From: an uncultured bacterium
GTDB lineage: Bacteria > Patescibacteriota > Minisyncoccia > Phycocordibacterales > UBA9973
Reading direction: 5' to 3'
DNA: 64,000 bases
Assembly (NCBI GenBank): GCA_903892035.1
Contig: CAITGV010000002.1
Location: forward strand, 65,714-129,713
In this document: positions 47,135 to 57,172 of the stretch, piece by piece
How positions within the stretch are numbered: the first letter of the stretch is position 1
Layout of the letters: the number at the start of each line of letters is the position of its first letter
Made by a program: the position numbers and the translations under genes
Notes under the pieces: generated by a model
Told to the model about the DNA's origin: nothing
Database searches by the model: none
Seen by the model: the letters and a program-made list of their open reading frames with translations, nothing else

Positions 47135-47791
47135 TTAGTCGATGCACACTGATTTAAAATCACTTAAATCTTCCTTTCTTTTTCGAATTAAGGGTAATGT
47201 GTCTTTGGAATATTTAATAAAATCAGAAGAACTTTTAAATTGATCTAGAATAATATCTTTCTTACATATTCCATTTTTTTGCTCACCACTATATTCTGCA
47301 AAACTAGAAAATGGCAACTCCCTCATCCACAACTTGTTCATTCCTTCATGAACCATATTGTTCAAATTCACATAAACACCGAGATACAGTAAATACTCGT
47401 TTGAAGAAATATGCTTGGCTTTGTATGTTCCTTGAAAAAGCGAACCGGAACGGTCATTTTTTTCATTGAAATAATTCGTATACCCGGTAGAAATCCTGTG
47501 CATAAATTTCTGTACACCATTTTCAACCAAAGGCTCAAGAATAAAATGAAAATGATTTTGATTTAGACAGTACGCAATAATATTCACCAACTTTTTGGGA
47601 GCTAAGCTCCCAAATTTGTCATCTTCTCTTGATTTTTCATAAATACTTCCAATTATATCTACTGTATTAAACATCTCCATGCTATTAAGAAATCGTTGAA
47701 GGTCTTCCTTGTCTTCAAAAATATTTCTTTTATCAACACCACGATTATATATATGATAAAACTCACCTTCTTCAAATACTGTGTATCTCAT
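47135..47791 (-). CDS. IS200-like Y1 transposase / RAYT-like, copy 2 (contains an in-frame P2 palindrome)
   Basis: YHIYNRGVDKR, NHFHFIL (HUH), GSLFQGTYKAK motifs; about 45% identical to copy 1. P2 copy at 47594..47614 lies in-frame (encodes KFGSLAPK). Confidence 0.75.
   Translation of the reverse strand: MRYTVFEEGEFYHIYNRGVDKRNIFEDKEDLQRFLNSMEMFNTVDIIGSIYEKSREDDKFGSLAPKKLVNIIAYCLNQNHFHFILEPLVENGVQKFMHRISTGYTNYFNEKNDRSGSLFQGTYKAKHISSNEYLLYLGVYVNLNNMVHEGMNKLWMRELPFSSFAEYSGEQKNGICKKDIILDQFKSSSDFIKYSKDTLPLIRKRKEDLSDFKSVCID
47594..47614. repeat. P2 palindrome copy b (inverse orientation, spacer taa) inside RAYT copy 2 coding sequence
   Basis: tttgggagc-taa-gctcccaaa. Confidence 0.8.
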
Positions 47792-47806
47792 AACAATATT
47801 GTACCA

Positions 47807-47827
47807 TTTGGGAGCTTAGCTCCCAAA
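47807..47827. repeat. P2 palindrome copy c
   Basis: 16 bp upstream of the RAYT copy 2 start, directly after the LysE stop. Confidence 0.8.
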
Positions 47828-47828
47828 T

Positions 47829-48449
47829 TTATTTGAGAAAATAAATTATCTCTGTATATAGTATTTTTAAGGCGAGCAAAAATACTAAAATAGCTAGGGC
47901 CACAAATACTTTTCTAATAACTCTTTCATTCAGCAAAAATTTCCTTAGTGCATTAAAACCAAAAAAGATAATAGTTATCACCACAACCATTGAAATTTCA
48001 AATATTGCTACAAATAGATACTCCCCGTAATGAATACTGCTACCCATACTAAACGCAATAGGAAGACATACGGAAGTCCAATACAACCATAGTGGGCCAT
48101 TAAAAATCATTAACAGAAAAATATGTTTTATGCCAACTTTCTTTTGTTCTTTCGTATAATCAATTTTTCTAATTTTATAAAGCTGTAGTGCAATATACGC
48201 AAGCATCACCACACCAACAAAAGCAAAAATATGAAAAACAACATGCGGAATTTTTAACCAAGAAGAAGTCGCGACAAGTAAAAGGCCGATAAAAAACTCT
48301 GTCAGCCCTGCCACAATAATGTACATTCCCCCATTCACAAGACCCTTTTTAGGTGATCTTAATATTTCAGATAGAGCAATCAAAAGTATCGGACCAGGAG
48401 TAAGCCCACCTATAAATCCTAAAATTATTGTTGTAATGATATCTTTCAT
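47829..48449 (-). CDS. LysE/RhtB-family amino-acid exporter
   Basis: N-terminal GFIGGLTPGPILL motif characteristic of the LysE family; 6 TM. Confidence 0.7.
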   Translation of the reverse strand: MKDIITTIILGFIGGLTPGPILLIALSEILRSPKKGLVNGGMYIIVAGLTEFFIGLLLVATSSWLKIPHVVFHIFAFVGVVMLAYIALQLYKIRKIDYTKEQKKVGIKHIFLLMIFNGPLWLYWTSVCLPIAFSMGSSIHYGEYLFVAIFEISMVVVITIIFFGFNALRKFLLNERVIRKVFVALAILVFLLALKILYTEIIYFLK

Positions 48450-48456
48450 ATTCCTT

Positions 48457-48477
48457 TTGGGAGCTTAGCTCCCAAAT
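48457..48477. repeat. P2 palindrome copy d
   Basis: 8 bp upstream of the LysE start, abutting the ABC transporter stop. Confidence 0.8.
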
Positions 48478-50250
48478 TTATTCGATAAATCCCCCACTTT
48501 GGTGCGCCCAAAGGTCGGCATAAACTCCTTTCTTTTTTAGTAGTTGTTTGTGATTGCCGTCTTCGACAATAGTTCCATTTTCAAGAACAATTATTCTATC
48601 CATTTTTTGAATTGTTGAAAGTCGGTGTGCGATAACAATAACAGTCTTATCTTTCATTAATTCAACTAATGCTTCTTGGATATATGATTCACTTACACTA
48701 TCTAGTGCACTTGTTGCTTCATCAAGCAAAAGTATCGGAGCATTTTTGAGCATTGCACGCGCAATTGCTACACGCTGACGTTCACCACCTGAAAGTTTTA
48801 CACCTCTTTCACCTACAAAAGTTTCATAACCTTTTGGTAATTTAGAAATAAAATCATGAGCATGAGCTTTTTTTGCAACTTCAATAATTTCTTCTTCTGT
48901 CGCATCTGGTTTTCCATATGCAATGTTCTCACGAATTGTACGATGAAATAAAACTGATTCTTGTGGTACATACGAAATCATACTCCTTAAGTCATCCTGC
49001 AATACATTACGAATATCCTGATCATCTATAGTTATGCTTCCTTTGGTCACATCCATAAAACGCAAAATTAAATTTGTAATTGTAGATTTTCCAGCACCGG
49101 AGTGCCCAACAATTCCAATTCGCTGTCCGTGCGGTATATCTAAAGTAAAATTTGAAAATATTTCAGTATTATTTCCATAATCAAAAGATACATCACTAAA
49201 TTGCAAATTACCTTTTTGCATTTTTAATACTTCCGGATTTATTGGGTCCTCAATATCAGACTTAATTTCAAAAATATCAATCATTTCTTTCATATCTGCA
49301 CCAGCTTTCATAAATTTTGTAAGAGAGTTACCAAAATCCCAAAGTTTATCAAAAATAACAACAATAAAACCCTGTACCAATACAATAGTTCCTGTAGTAA
49401 TTTTATTATTTAGCCAAAGATGAACCATTACATATAAAAGTGAACCTTGAACAATAAATGCTAGAACTGCCTGAATGACTTCAATTTTCCCGGCAAGAAA
49501 CCAAGCTTTTCTACTTTTAATTGAAGCATCCTCAGTAATTTCTTTAAATGAATTGGTTTCAGATTTGGTTGCAGAAAATATTTTAACAGCAAGAATATTT
49601 CCAAATATATCAGCAAGGCGTCCGCTTATACTCGAATCAGATGCTGCTTCAATCACATCATATTTAATTTTTCTACGTAAAAAGAAAGCAATGATACTAA
49701 AATAAATTAATACCCATATTAAAAAGAAAAAGGATATTATTACTGAAGTCTTACCTAAAACAATAAAAACACCAACTAAAACTATAAATGTTGACCAGAA
49801 ATTAAAAAGCAAAATATCAAACATTGTTTCAAATGACCCAACAAATCGACGTGACTTTGTCACCAAAGAACCAGAAAAAGTATTTGCAAAAAAAGTTTGT
49901 GAGTGATATTGAATTTTTTTTAATGAAAAATTACGTAATTCTTTTATTACATTTATCTCAAAGGCGAAAAAAATAAACTTACAGACTCTAGCAGTAATTG
50001 TAGTTAGCAAACTTATAAAAATAATAGTCACAACCAAAATTAGTAGCCCATGAGATAAGTCAGCTTTATTTGTAACATTTTCAGACAATGTATCTATAAT
50101 TTTCTTAAAATAAAAGGGTCTTATTATATATTCAAGTGTAGTTCTAATTCCAAATATTATAAATATTGCATAAAAAGAGCCACGATATTTTCGCATTTGT
50201 GGCCATATGTATTTATATATTTTTTTAAACATTACAAAATTATAACACAA
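48478..50250 (-). CDS. ABC exporter, fused permease/ATPase (MsbA-like)
   Basis: 6-TM domain plus GHSGAGKST Walker A, LSGGERQRVAIARA signature, LLLDEATSALD Walker B. Confidence 0.85.
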   Translation of the reverse strand: MCYNFVMFKKIYKYIWPQMRKYRGSFYAIFIIFGIRTTLEYIIRPFYFKKIIDTLSENVTNKADLSHGLLILVVTIIFISLLTTITARVCKFIFFAFEINVIKELRNFSLKKIQYHSQTFFANTFSGSLVTKSRRFVGSFETMFDILLFNFWSTFIVLVGVFIVLGKTSVIISFFFLIWVLIYFSIIAFFLRRKIKYDVIEAASDSSISGRLADIFGNILAVKIFSATKSETNSFKEITEDASIKSRKAWFLAGKIEVIQAVLAFIVQGSLLYVMVHLWLNNKITTGTIVLVQGFIVVIFDKLWDFGNSLTKFMKAGADMKEMIDIFEIKSDIEDPINPEVLKMQKGNLQFSDVSFDYGNNTEIFSNFTLDIPHGQRIGIVGHSGAGKSTITNLILRFMDVTKGSITIDDQDIRNVLQDDLRSMISYVPQESVLFHRTIRENIAYGKPDATEEEIIEVAKKAHAHDFISKLPKGYETFVGERGVKLSGGERQRVAIARAMLKNAPILLLDEATSALDSVSESYIQEALVELMKDKTVIVIAHRLSTIQKMDRIIVLENGTIVEDGNHKQLLKKKGVYADLWAHQSGGFIE

Positions 50251-50290
50251 AATACCTTAAAATCAAAGGCTTATTTGAATTTATTAAATA

Positions 50291-51973
50291 TTAAATTCCC
50301 TCCCCTGTTGCAGAAATTGGGCTTGTTTTCCAAAATTTGGTTTTGAAAGTTTCTTGAATCATTAGCATTTCTTTATTTTTCATAAGTGACAAAACAATAC
50401 CACCAGCAATAATTCCTATTATTCCGGCAATAAGTCCTTGCAATAAAAAATCTATAAATTTATCTAAATCAAATATCTTTGCTAGTGGCCCTAAAGCAAT
50501 GTATGTGACCATACCTATAACGATTGATGCGAAGATTGATTGAAAAAATGCAGTGCGAAGGAATGGTTGATTATTTTCAAAATCCTTTTTGAAATGTACC
50601 CAGTGCAAAATAAAATTCACTATTGTACCTATTGAATAAGCGAGTGGGAGCATGAGCACGGCAGTACCAGGAATTCCTTGAACGCGTAGAAGTGTTTCAA
50701 TTAAATTTTTCAAAGGAGCTAATTGATTGAAAAAATGAACTAGAACATAAGCAAGAATTACAATTCCAAACGAGCAAATAAAATTCATAATTAGCGGTTT
50801 TCTAGTATTGCCTGCTGCATAATATGCTCGTGCAAAAAGTAAAATCATGCTTTGTGCAACAACTGATAGAGCAAATATAGCAAGCGATGCAGCAACGAGC
50901 CTTGTATCTTGCCATGTAAAATGCCCTGAACCCAGAATAACTCTTACAATCTGCGCACGCAATACAATAAATAGTACTGTTACTGGCATTGACCAGAAAA
51001 TAACTTGTCTTGCAGAAAGAGTTACTTGGTCAATAAATTTATCACGTTGATTTTCTGATATGTATTTTGTTAAATTTGAAAATGTTGCGACAGCATAAGA
51101 AACTCCGATTATTGCAAGTGGTACAGCTTGTAAATTTGAAGATAATTTAAAAACTGAAATTGCTCCCTCACCCACCAGTGATGCAAAAGCAATAATAATT
51201 ATGATTGCCATATTATTAAATGCCAAACCTGCAGTTCTAGGAAGAGAAATCGCAAGCACTCGCAATACTTCATTCCAATTTATAACTTTTGAAATTTTAG
51301 GAACAAATTTATATTTCACCATTACCACAAGCTGAACAAACATATGTAGCATTGCCCCAAGTGCGACACCCCACGCAAGACCCACCACACCCATACTAGG
51401 ATAAAATAAAAATATTCCTAAAATAATACCAACATTATACAGAACTGGTGAAAGTGAATATAAAAAAAATCTTCGATAAAATTGAGTGACACTTCCAAAT
51501 AAATTTGATAGTCCTAAAAATATTGGTGAAAGTAACATTAACCTTGATATTTTAATTGTTAGCAAAGTTGCTTCTGGGGAAAATCCAGGAGTAATTGATT
51601 TTGCAATATAAGGCATAATTATATAAAGAATTACTGATATAGCAATCATCGCATATAAAAAAACTGTAAACATGTCATTTAAAAATCTGTGAGCTTCAGC
51701 ATGATCACCGTCACCTTTCATTTTCTCTGTCAAAAAAGGCATGAGTGCTGTAATTGAAACAAGACATGCAACAGAAACATAAATAAAATCTGGAATTCTA
51801 AAAGCAGCATAATATATATCGAGATTTGAAGAAAGACCAATATGACTTGCGAGAAGTCTATCTCGAAGTAAACCTAAAACTTGCGAAAATAGTGCGAAAA
51901 AGCCCAACAAAAAAGCAGCTTGGTGTATAGAGCTAAATTCTTTATTTAGTATAGTAAGGATTTTTTTTACCAT
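50291..51973 (-). CDS. murJ: lipid II flippase MurJ
   Basis: 14-TM MOP-family profile, N-terminal FLLGFFALFSQVLGLLRDRLLA motif. Confidence 0.8.
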   Translation of the reverse strand: MVKKILTILNKEFSSIHQAAFLLGFFALFSQVLGLLRDRLLASHIGLSSNLDIYYAAFRIPDFIYVSVACLVSITALMPFLTEKMKGDGDHAEAHRFLNDMFTVFLYAMIAISVILYIIMPYIAKSITPGFSPEATLLTIKISRLMLLSPIFLGLSNLFGSVTQFYRRFFLYSLSPVLYNVGIILGIFLFYPSMGVVGLAWGVALGAMLHMFVQLVVMVKYKFVPKISKVINWNEVLRVLAISLPRTAGLAFNNMAIIIIIAFASLVGEGAISVFKLSSNLQAVPLAIIGVSYAVATFSNLTKYISENQRDKFIDQVTLSARQVIFWSMPVTVLFIVLRAQIVRVILGSGHFTWQDTRLVAASLAIFALSVVAQSMILLFARAYYAAGNTRKPLIMNFICSFGIVILAYVLVHFFNQLAPLKNLIETLLRVQGIPGTAVLMLPLAYSIGTIVNFILHWVHFKKDFENNQPFLRTAFFQSIFASIVIGMVTYIALGPLAKIFDLDKFIDFLLQGLIAGIIGIIAGGIVLSLMKNKEMLMIQETFKTKFWKTSPISATGEGI

Positions 51974-51986
51974 TTTTTGGTATAAA

Positions 51987-54107
51987 TTATTTCTTGTTTA
52001 TTACCTTACCTTTTTTAATATCTGGAGTTGGGGGTGGTGGTGGAGTATTTGCGATATTGTTCTGACTTTGAACCAAACTAATCATATGTAAAATATCTGG
52101 ATCATTTGGGCTATACGATTTCAAAGCATTCAATTTAGTAAGTGCGTCACTATATTTTCCTTGACTATAATCAATCAAACTTTCTAAAAAGAATGCTTGG
52201 GCATAATCATTTTTTAAATTTAGAGCTTTTTCTGCATTATTTCGAGCTTCGACATAGTTTTTTTGTTTATATTGAAGATTTGCGATCGAAAGATAGACAC
52301 TAGGATTATTTGGAGCTAGCATAAGTGCTTTTTGATATGCACCAAGTGAATTCGTAAAATCGTTTGGAATATTGAATGGCATAAGTGAAGCATAATAATC
52401 ACCAAGTGCTACCCAGTTTGTATAATTTGTATTGTCCCAAGCAACAGCATCTCGAGCAAATTTTTCTCCAAGAGTTACGTCTCTACTAAATTCAGCTTTC
52501 GTTGCTTCGTCTGGGTTATTTCCAGAAGAAGCAATATTTTGAATACGAACTCCATAAACCTGCGACAAAGCTTTCAAGTATTGATCATTTGGATGTAATG
52601 CAACAGCTTTACTAGTATATGAAAGTGCTTTTTCAATCCCATCTGGAGAATTTAATGCCAATGTCCCTTTTTCATAGTAAACAACAGAGGTAAATCGAGC
52701 AACAAATAAATACATACTTCCAGCTGTTAGAAGCATTACGATAACCAAGATTACAATTAAAAATAAACTTTTTTTAGATTTATTTAGTAATGATACTTCT
52801 TTGTATTTTAGTGAATCACCATAATAAGTCACCATAAATGCTCCAAGCAAAACAAAAGTTAAAGATAAAATTACAAAACTAGAAAAAGTTAGTAGTAAAA
52901 ATAATATAAGAAATAGTGATGAAATAATTACAATAAAATCTACAGCTGAATGTTCAACATCTTTGCGAATCAAACTTTTAAATGATGCTTTAAGATATAC
53001 AAAATAAAACCATAACCAGCATATTAAACCAAGTAAACCTGTAGTAACTAGGAAAGTTTCTATAACTCCAAAACCAACATTAAATGGTACATTGAAAAAC
53101 TGAGTGCTATTTACAGCATTATCCTTAAATAAAGACCAACTATGTTCAAAACGATTTGGAGCTGAACCCATAATAGGACTTTTAATCAAAGTGTTTTTTA
53201 CTAAGTTTATATTTGAAATAAAAGATGGACGTACATCATTTGAGGCAATACCTAGTTTCGACGCTGGAATACCAGCAAAAGAAGATTGACCTATTGTGAA
53301 AAACAAACAAATTAATAATACAGTAAAAGAAGCTACTGGAAATTTCTTTTTGGAAATTTCATTATGTATACCATTTCTTCTATATAGAGAGTAAATAAAA
53401 ATAATCAATGAAAACAAAGCGAGCATTACCCAAAGGATTACAAAATTTACAACAATGGCAACAAACAGAGAAAGCGCAAGTAAAATTGAAGCAAATATTT
53501 TTCTTTTTAAAAAACCAAAATCCATTACAGAAATCAAAGACAAAATAAGAATTCCTGAAAGGATTCCCAAATCATTTAAATTACCGATTATATTTTGATC
53601 AAAAATACTAGAGAAAAATTTTGGGAAATGAGTGCCAAGATGTAAACAAAAAAATATTACTTGAAACGTTAAAACAGTAGCTAGAGAAATAAATATACCT
53701 TTTAATAAATACTTAAACTTGTGCTCGTCAGTGAAAAAGTCAGAGGCTAAAAAGAAAGTAAAATATAATACAAGAATGGAAATAAAACTTCCAACGTCAA
53801 AAGCAAGACCAAGAAATGATTTTATAAATACTGGGGAAAATATTGCGGTTATTAAAAAAACTAATGGAATTAAAGATATTCCTATGAATAATTTATTTTT
53901 AGGAATTCGAATATTTCCTTCAAAAAGCCTTGCAACTACCCACATAAGTAAGGATATTGAAATTCCAAGTGAAAGAATAAAACCTTTTACCACCCCAAGA
54001 CCTATTTGAGTAAAAGGAATAAAAAATATTGGTAAAAGAAAAATAGTAAAAGAAAAAATATAGAAAGAAATTTTATCTGGCATTGAACTTTTTATTCGTG
54101 AATTCAT
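51987..54107 (-). CDS. O-antigen ligase (Wzy_C)-like polytopic membrane protein with C-terminal TPR repeats
   Basis: At least 10 TM helices, then TPR-like repeats (YTSKAVALHPNDQY, ALMLAPNNPSVYLSIANLQYKQKNY, KALNLKNDYAQAFF). Confidence 0.6.
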   Translation of the reverse strand: MNSRIKSSMPDKISFYIFSFTIFLLPIFFIPFTQIGLGVVKGFILSLGISISLLMWVVARLFEGNIRIPKNKLFIGISLIPLVFLITAIFSPVFIKSFLGLAFDVGSFISILVLYFTFFLASDFFTDEHKFKYLLKGIFISLATVLTFQVIFFCLHLGTHFPKFFSSIFDQNIIGNLNDLGILSGILILSLISVMDFGFLKRKIFASILLALSLFVAIVVNFVILWVMLALFSLIIFIYSLYRRNGIHNEISKKKFPVASFTVLLICLFFTIGQSSFAGIPASKLGIASNDVRPSFISNINLVKNTLIKSPIMGSAPNRFEHSWSLFKDNAVNSTQFFNVPFNVGFGVIETFLVTTGLLGLICWLWFYFVYLKASFKSLIRKDVEHSAVDFIVIISSLFLILFLLLTFSSFVILSLTFVLLGAFMVTYYGDSLKYKEVSLLNKSKKSLFLIVILVIVMLLTAGSMYLFVARFTSVVYYEKGTLALNSPDGIEKALSYTSKAVALHPNDQYLKALSQVYGVRIQNIASSGNNPDEATKAEFSRDVTLGEKFARDAVAWDNTNYTNWVALGDYYASLMPFNIPNDFTNSLGAYQKALMLAPNNPSVYLSIANLQYKQKNYVEARNNAEKALNLKNDYAQAFFLESLIDYSQGKYSDALTKLNALKSYSPNDPDILHMISLVQSQNNIANTPPPPPTPDIKKGKVINKK

Positions 54108-54122
54108 TTATCTATTATATAC

Positions 54123-56588
54123 TTAAAATACGATATTAACCAAACGCCCCTTTACGTAAATAACCTTTTTAATTTCTTTACCTTCTATCCAGTTCACCAC
54201 GGCATGATCTTTCATTGCCATTGCTTTTACTTCTTCTTCATTCATTTCATTTGAAATTTTTATTTCTGCTCGTACTTTTCCATTTACAGATACAGCAATA
54301 GTAATTTCATTGTCGATAACTTTTTTAGGGTCAAATTTAGGCCAAAGAGAAAGGTGTATTGATTTTTTTTCGCCCAATTCACTCCAAAGTTGTTCTGTGA
54401 TATGTGGCGCAAAAGGTGCGAGAATTTGCAGAAACATTTTAAAATCCTTCTCGTCTACAGATTCAGCTTTTTCCATTTCATTTAAACAAATCATCATAGC
54501 TGAAACTGCAGTATTAAAACTCGTCGTCTCAATATCTTCTGTAACTTTTTTTATAGTTTTGTGCAGTGTAGCTTGCAGCGTTAGGTATGCTGAAGAATAA
54601 ATAAAATCTTCGCGCTTTACCCTCTCTACGGGGGCTCCGACACGACTCAGATTTTTTTTATTCTTCAGCATATTCTGCGCAACGATTTTATTATAAATTT
54701 TCCAAACGCGCTCTAGAAATCTTCTAGGGCCCACCATCGAATCTGTACTCCACGATACATGCTGATCAAATGGACCCATAAACATTTCATATACTCGCAA
54801 AGTATCTGCCCCAAAAGTTTTCACAATTGCATCAGGATTTATAACATTGCCTTTTGATTTTGACATTTTCTCTCCACCGTCAGCCAAAATTAAACCGTGA
54901 GATGTTCTTTTTTGATATGGCTCTTTTGTTGGAACCAATTTTAAATCATAAAGAAATTTATGCCAGAATCTTGAATACAATAAGTGAAGAGTTGTGTGCT
55001 CCATACCACCATTGTACCAATCGACGGGTGTAAAATATTTTAAATTCTTTTTCGAAGCAAATTCTTTTTTATTTTTTGGATCTGTATATCGTAAATAATA
55101 CCAAGAGCTTCCTGCCCAGTTTGGCATTGTGTCGGTTTCTCTTTTTGCTTTACCTTTACATTTTGGACATTTTACATTTACCCATTTTGTAATTTCAGCC
55201 AAAGGACTTTCACCATTATCAGTCGGCTCATATTTTTTTACTTTTGGAAGTACTACTGGTAAATCTTTTTCAGGCACAGGTACTACTCCACATTTTTCAC
55301 AATGAATCATTGGTATCGGTTCACCCCAATATCTTTGTCTTGAAAAAACCCAATCACGAAGTTTGTATTTTGTAACAATTCTTCCACCGACAAAATCTGT
55401 AATTTCCTTTCGGGCATATTCACTAGTCATTCCATCAAATTTTCCAGAATTTGTCAGTATTCCATCTCCAGTAAAACATTCGGATTCAATTCCTTGTGGG
55501 TTATTTAAAACCTGCTTCATTGGCAAATTGTATTTTTTTGCAAAAGCAAAATCCCGCTCATCATGCATATCTGCAAATATTGCTCCTGTGCCATATTGCG
55601 CAAGCACAAAATCTGCAATATAAATTGGAATCTCTTCACCATTTACTGGATTTATAGCTTTTACTCCTTTTAACTCAACACCGGTCTTATCCTTATCCTC
55701 AGAAGTACGTTCTATATCTGTTTTCTTTTTTGTATCATTAATATATTTTTCAATTTCACTTAAATTTAAAATTTGTGATTTAATTTTCAAAATCATCGGA
55801 TGTTCTGGGGCCAAAGTTAACGCAAAAGCACCAAATAAAGTATCGGCTCTTGTTGTGAAAGTGGTAATTTTTTCATCACTATTTTTAATTTTAAAATCAA
55901 TTTCACTTCCCTCGCTTTTTCCTATCCAATTCCTTTGTTGAATTTTAATTTTTTCCAAATAGTCCACAGTGTCGAGATCTTTATCGAGCCTGTCTGCATA
56001 TTTTGTTATTGCAAGCATCCACTGCTCTTTGTCGCGCTTTTCTACAGGTGTGCCACATCTTTCACAACAACCAGCAATTACCTCTTCGTTTGCAAGGCCA
56101 ATTTTGTCTTTCGGACACCAGTTGATAGCAATGCGAGCTTTATATGCCAAACCTTTTTTATAGAATTGCAAAAATATCCATTGCGTCCATTTATAGTACG
56201 CTGGATCTGTGGTATTTATTTCTCTATCCCAATCAAAACCAAAACCAAGTTCTTTTAATTGTCGGCGAAAAGTGTCAGTATTTTTCTTTGTAATTGCTTC
56301 GGGTTGTTTACCTGTTTTAATTGCATAATTTTCTGTAGGCAAACCAAAAGCATCCCAACCAATTGGATAAAGAGTATTGTAACCCTGCATGCGTCGTTTG
56401 CGAGTGATGATATCCATCGCAGTATTGCTTCTGATGTGGCCCACGTGCAAACCATCTCCAGATGGATATGGAAATTCAATGAGGCCAAAAAACTTTTTAC
56501 CTTTTGTATTTTTTACAGAATAAATTTTTTTCTTATCCCATTCCTTCTGCCACTTTTTTTCAATTTTTTTATGATCGTAAATTTTCAT
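54123..56588 (-). CDS. leuS: leucyl-tRNA synthetase
   Basis: HVGHIRSNTAMDI HIGH region, KMSKSKGN, LeuRS CP1 and anticodon-binding domains. Confidence 0.95.
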   Translation of the reverse strand: MKIYDHKKIEKKWQKEWDKKKIYSVKNTKGKKFFGLIEFPYPSGDGLHVGHIRSNTAMDIITRKRRMQGYNTLYPIGWDAFGLPTENYAIKTGKQPEAITKKNTDTFRRQLKELGFGFDWDREINTTDPAYYKWTQWIFLQFYKKGLAYKARIAINWCPKDKIGLANEEVIAGCCERCGTPVEKRDKEQWMLAITKYADRLDKDLDTVDYLEKIKIQQRNWIGKSEGSEIDFKIKNSDEKITTFTTRADTLFGAFALTLAPEHPMILKIKSQILNLSEIEKYINDTKKKTDIERTSEDKDKTGVELKGVKAINPVNGEEIPIYIADFVLAQYGTGAIFADMHDERDFAFAKKYNLPMKQVLNNPQGIESECFTGDGILTNSGKFDGMTSEYARKEITDFVGGRIVTKYKLRDWVFSRQRYWGEPIPMIHCEKCGVVPVPEKDLPVVLPKVKKYEPTDNGESPLAEITKWVNVKCPKCKGKAKRETDTMPNWAGSSWYYLRYTDPKNKKEFASKKNLKYFTPVDWYNGGMEHTTLHLLYSRFWHKFLYDLKLVPTKEPYQKRTSHGLILADGGEKMSKSKGNVINPDAIVKTFGADTLRVYEMFMGPFDQHVSWSTDSMVGPRRFLERVWKIYNKIVAQNMLKNKKNLSRVGAPVERVKREDFIYSSAYLTLQATLHKTIKKVTEDIETTSFNTAVSAMMICLNEMEKAESVDEKDFKMFLQILAPFAPHITEQLWSELGEKKSIHLSLWPKFDPKKVIDNEITIAVSVNGKVRAEIKISNEMNEEEVKAMAMKDHAVVNWIEGKEIKKVIYVKGRLVNIVF
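54604..54654. repeat. repeat family R3, copy b, in-frame inside leuS
   Basis: 45 nt identical to 13783..13827; translated on the minus strand as NLSRVGAPVERVKREDF in a variable linker. Confidence 0.8.
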
Positions 56589-57172
56589 TATTTATCATTA
56601 AATTTTTTTACTGCAAGCCAGACTAAAATCGCAAGCGCCAGACCAAGAACAACAACTCTCAAAATATCATTCATATCACTCCAATATCGTATTGAACCAA
56701 TAAATAATGATATGACTCCACCAAATGAAAAGCCGAGTGAGATAACACTTATACCCGAAAGGTAAACTGCGATGACTAGAGCAAGAATTCCAAATATTAC
56801 TAAAATAATAAATACATTTCTGTTATATAAACTCTCTGCAGTATTAAATGCTTTTCCACAAGTGTATGTAGGGTTGCAGTAACCAGAAACTACAGGTTGT
56901 GCAGGTACTGGCTTTGAATATTGATTGTCTGGTACTGGAGGTACTGTATTTTCTGTCCACATTCCCCCATCAGCGACGCAAGCTGTTTTGTCTACATATT
57001 GTTTATTATATTTTTCAGTTGGACAAAAAGCATCATACTGAGGTTGCTTGTAAACCAAAGAAATTGAGTAATTTACAAATAAATTGAAAACAATGACAAT
57101 GCCCAATATTAATGCCCATTTTAATACCCTTTTGTCTTTTTTTATGACTGGTACTTCTTGTGGATTATTCAT
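56588..57172 (-). CDS. hypothetical membrane protein with Cys-rich extracytoplasmic segment
   Basis: Two-plus TM helices, 6 Cys in the central region. Confidence 0.45.
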   Translation of the reverse strand: MNNPQEVPVIKKDKRVLKWALILGIVIVFNLFVNYSISLVYKQPQYDAFCPTEKYNKQYVDKTACVADGGMWTENTVPPVPDNQYSKPVPAQPVVSGYCNPTYTCGKAFNTAESLYNRNVFIILVIFGILALVIAVYLSGISVISLGFSFGGVISLFIGSIRYWSDMNDILRVVVLGLALAILVWLAVKKFNDK

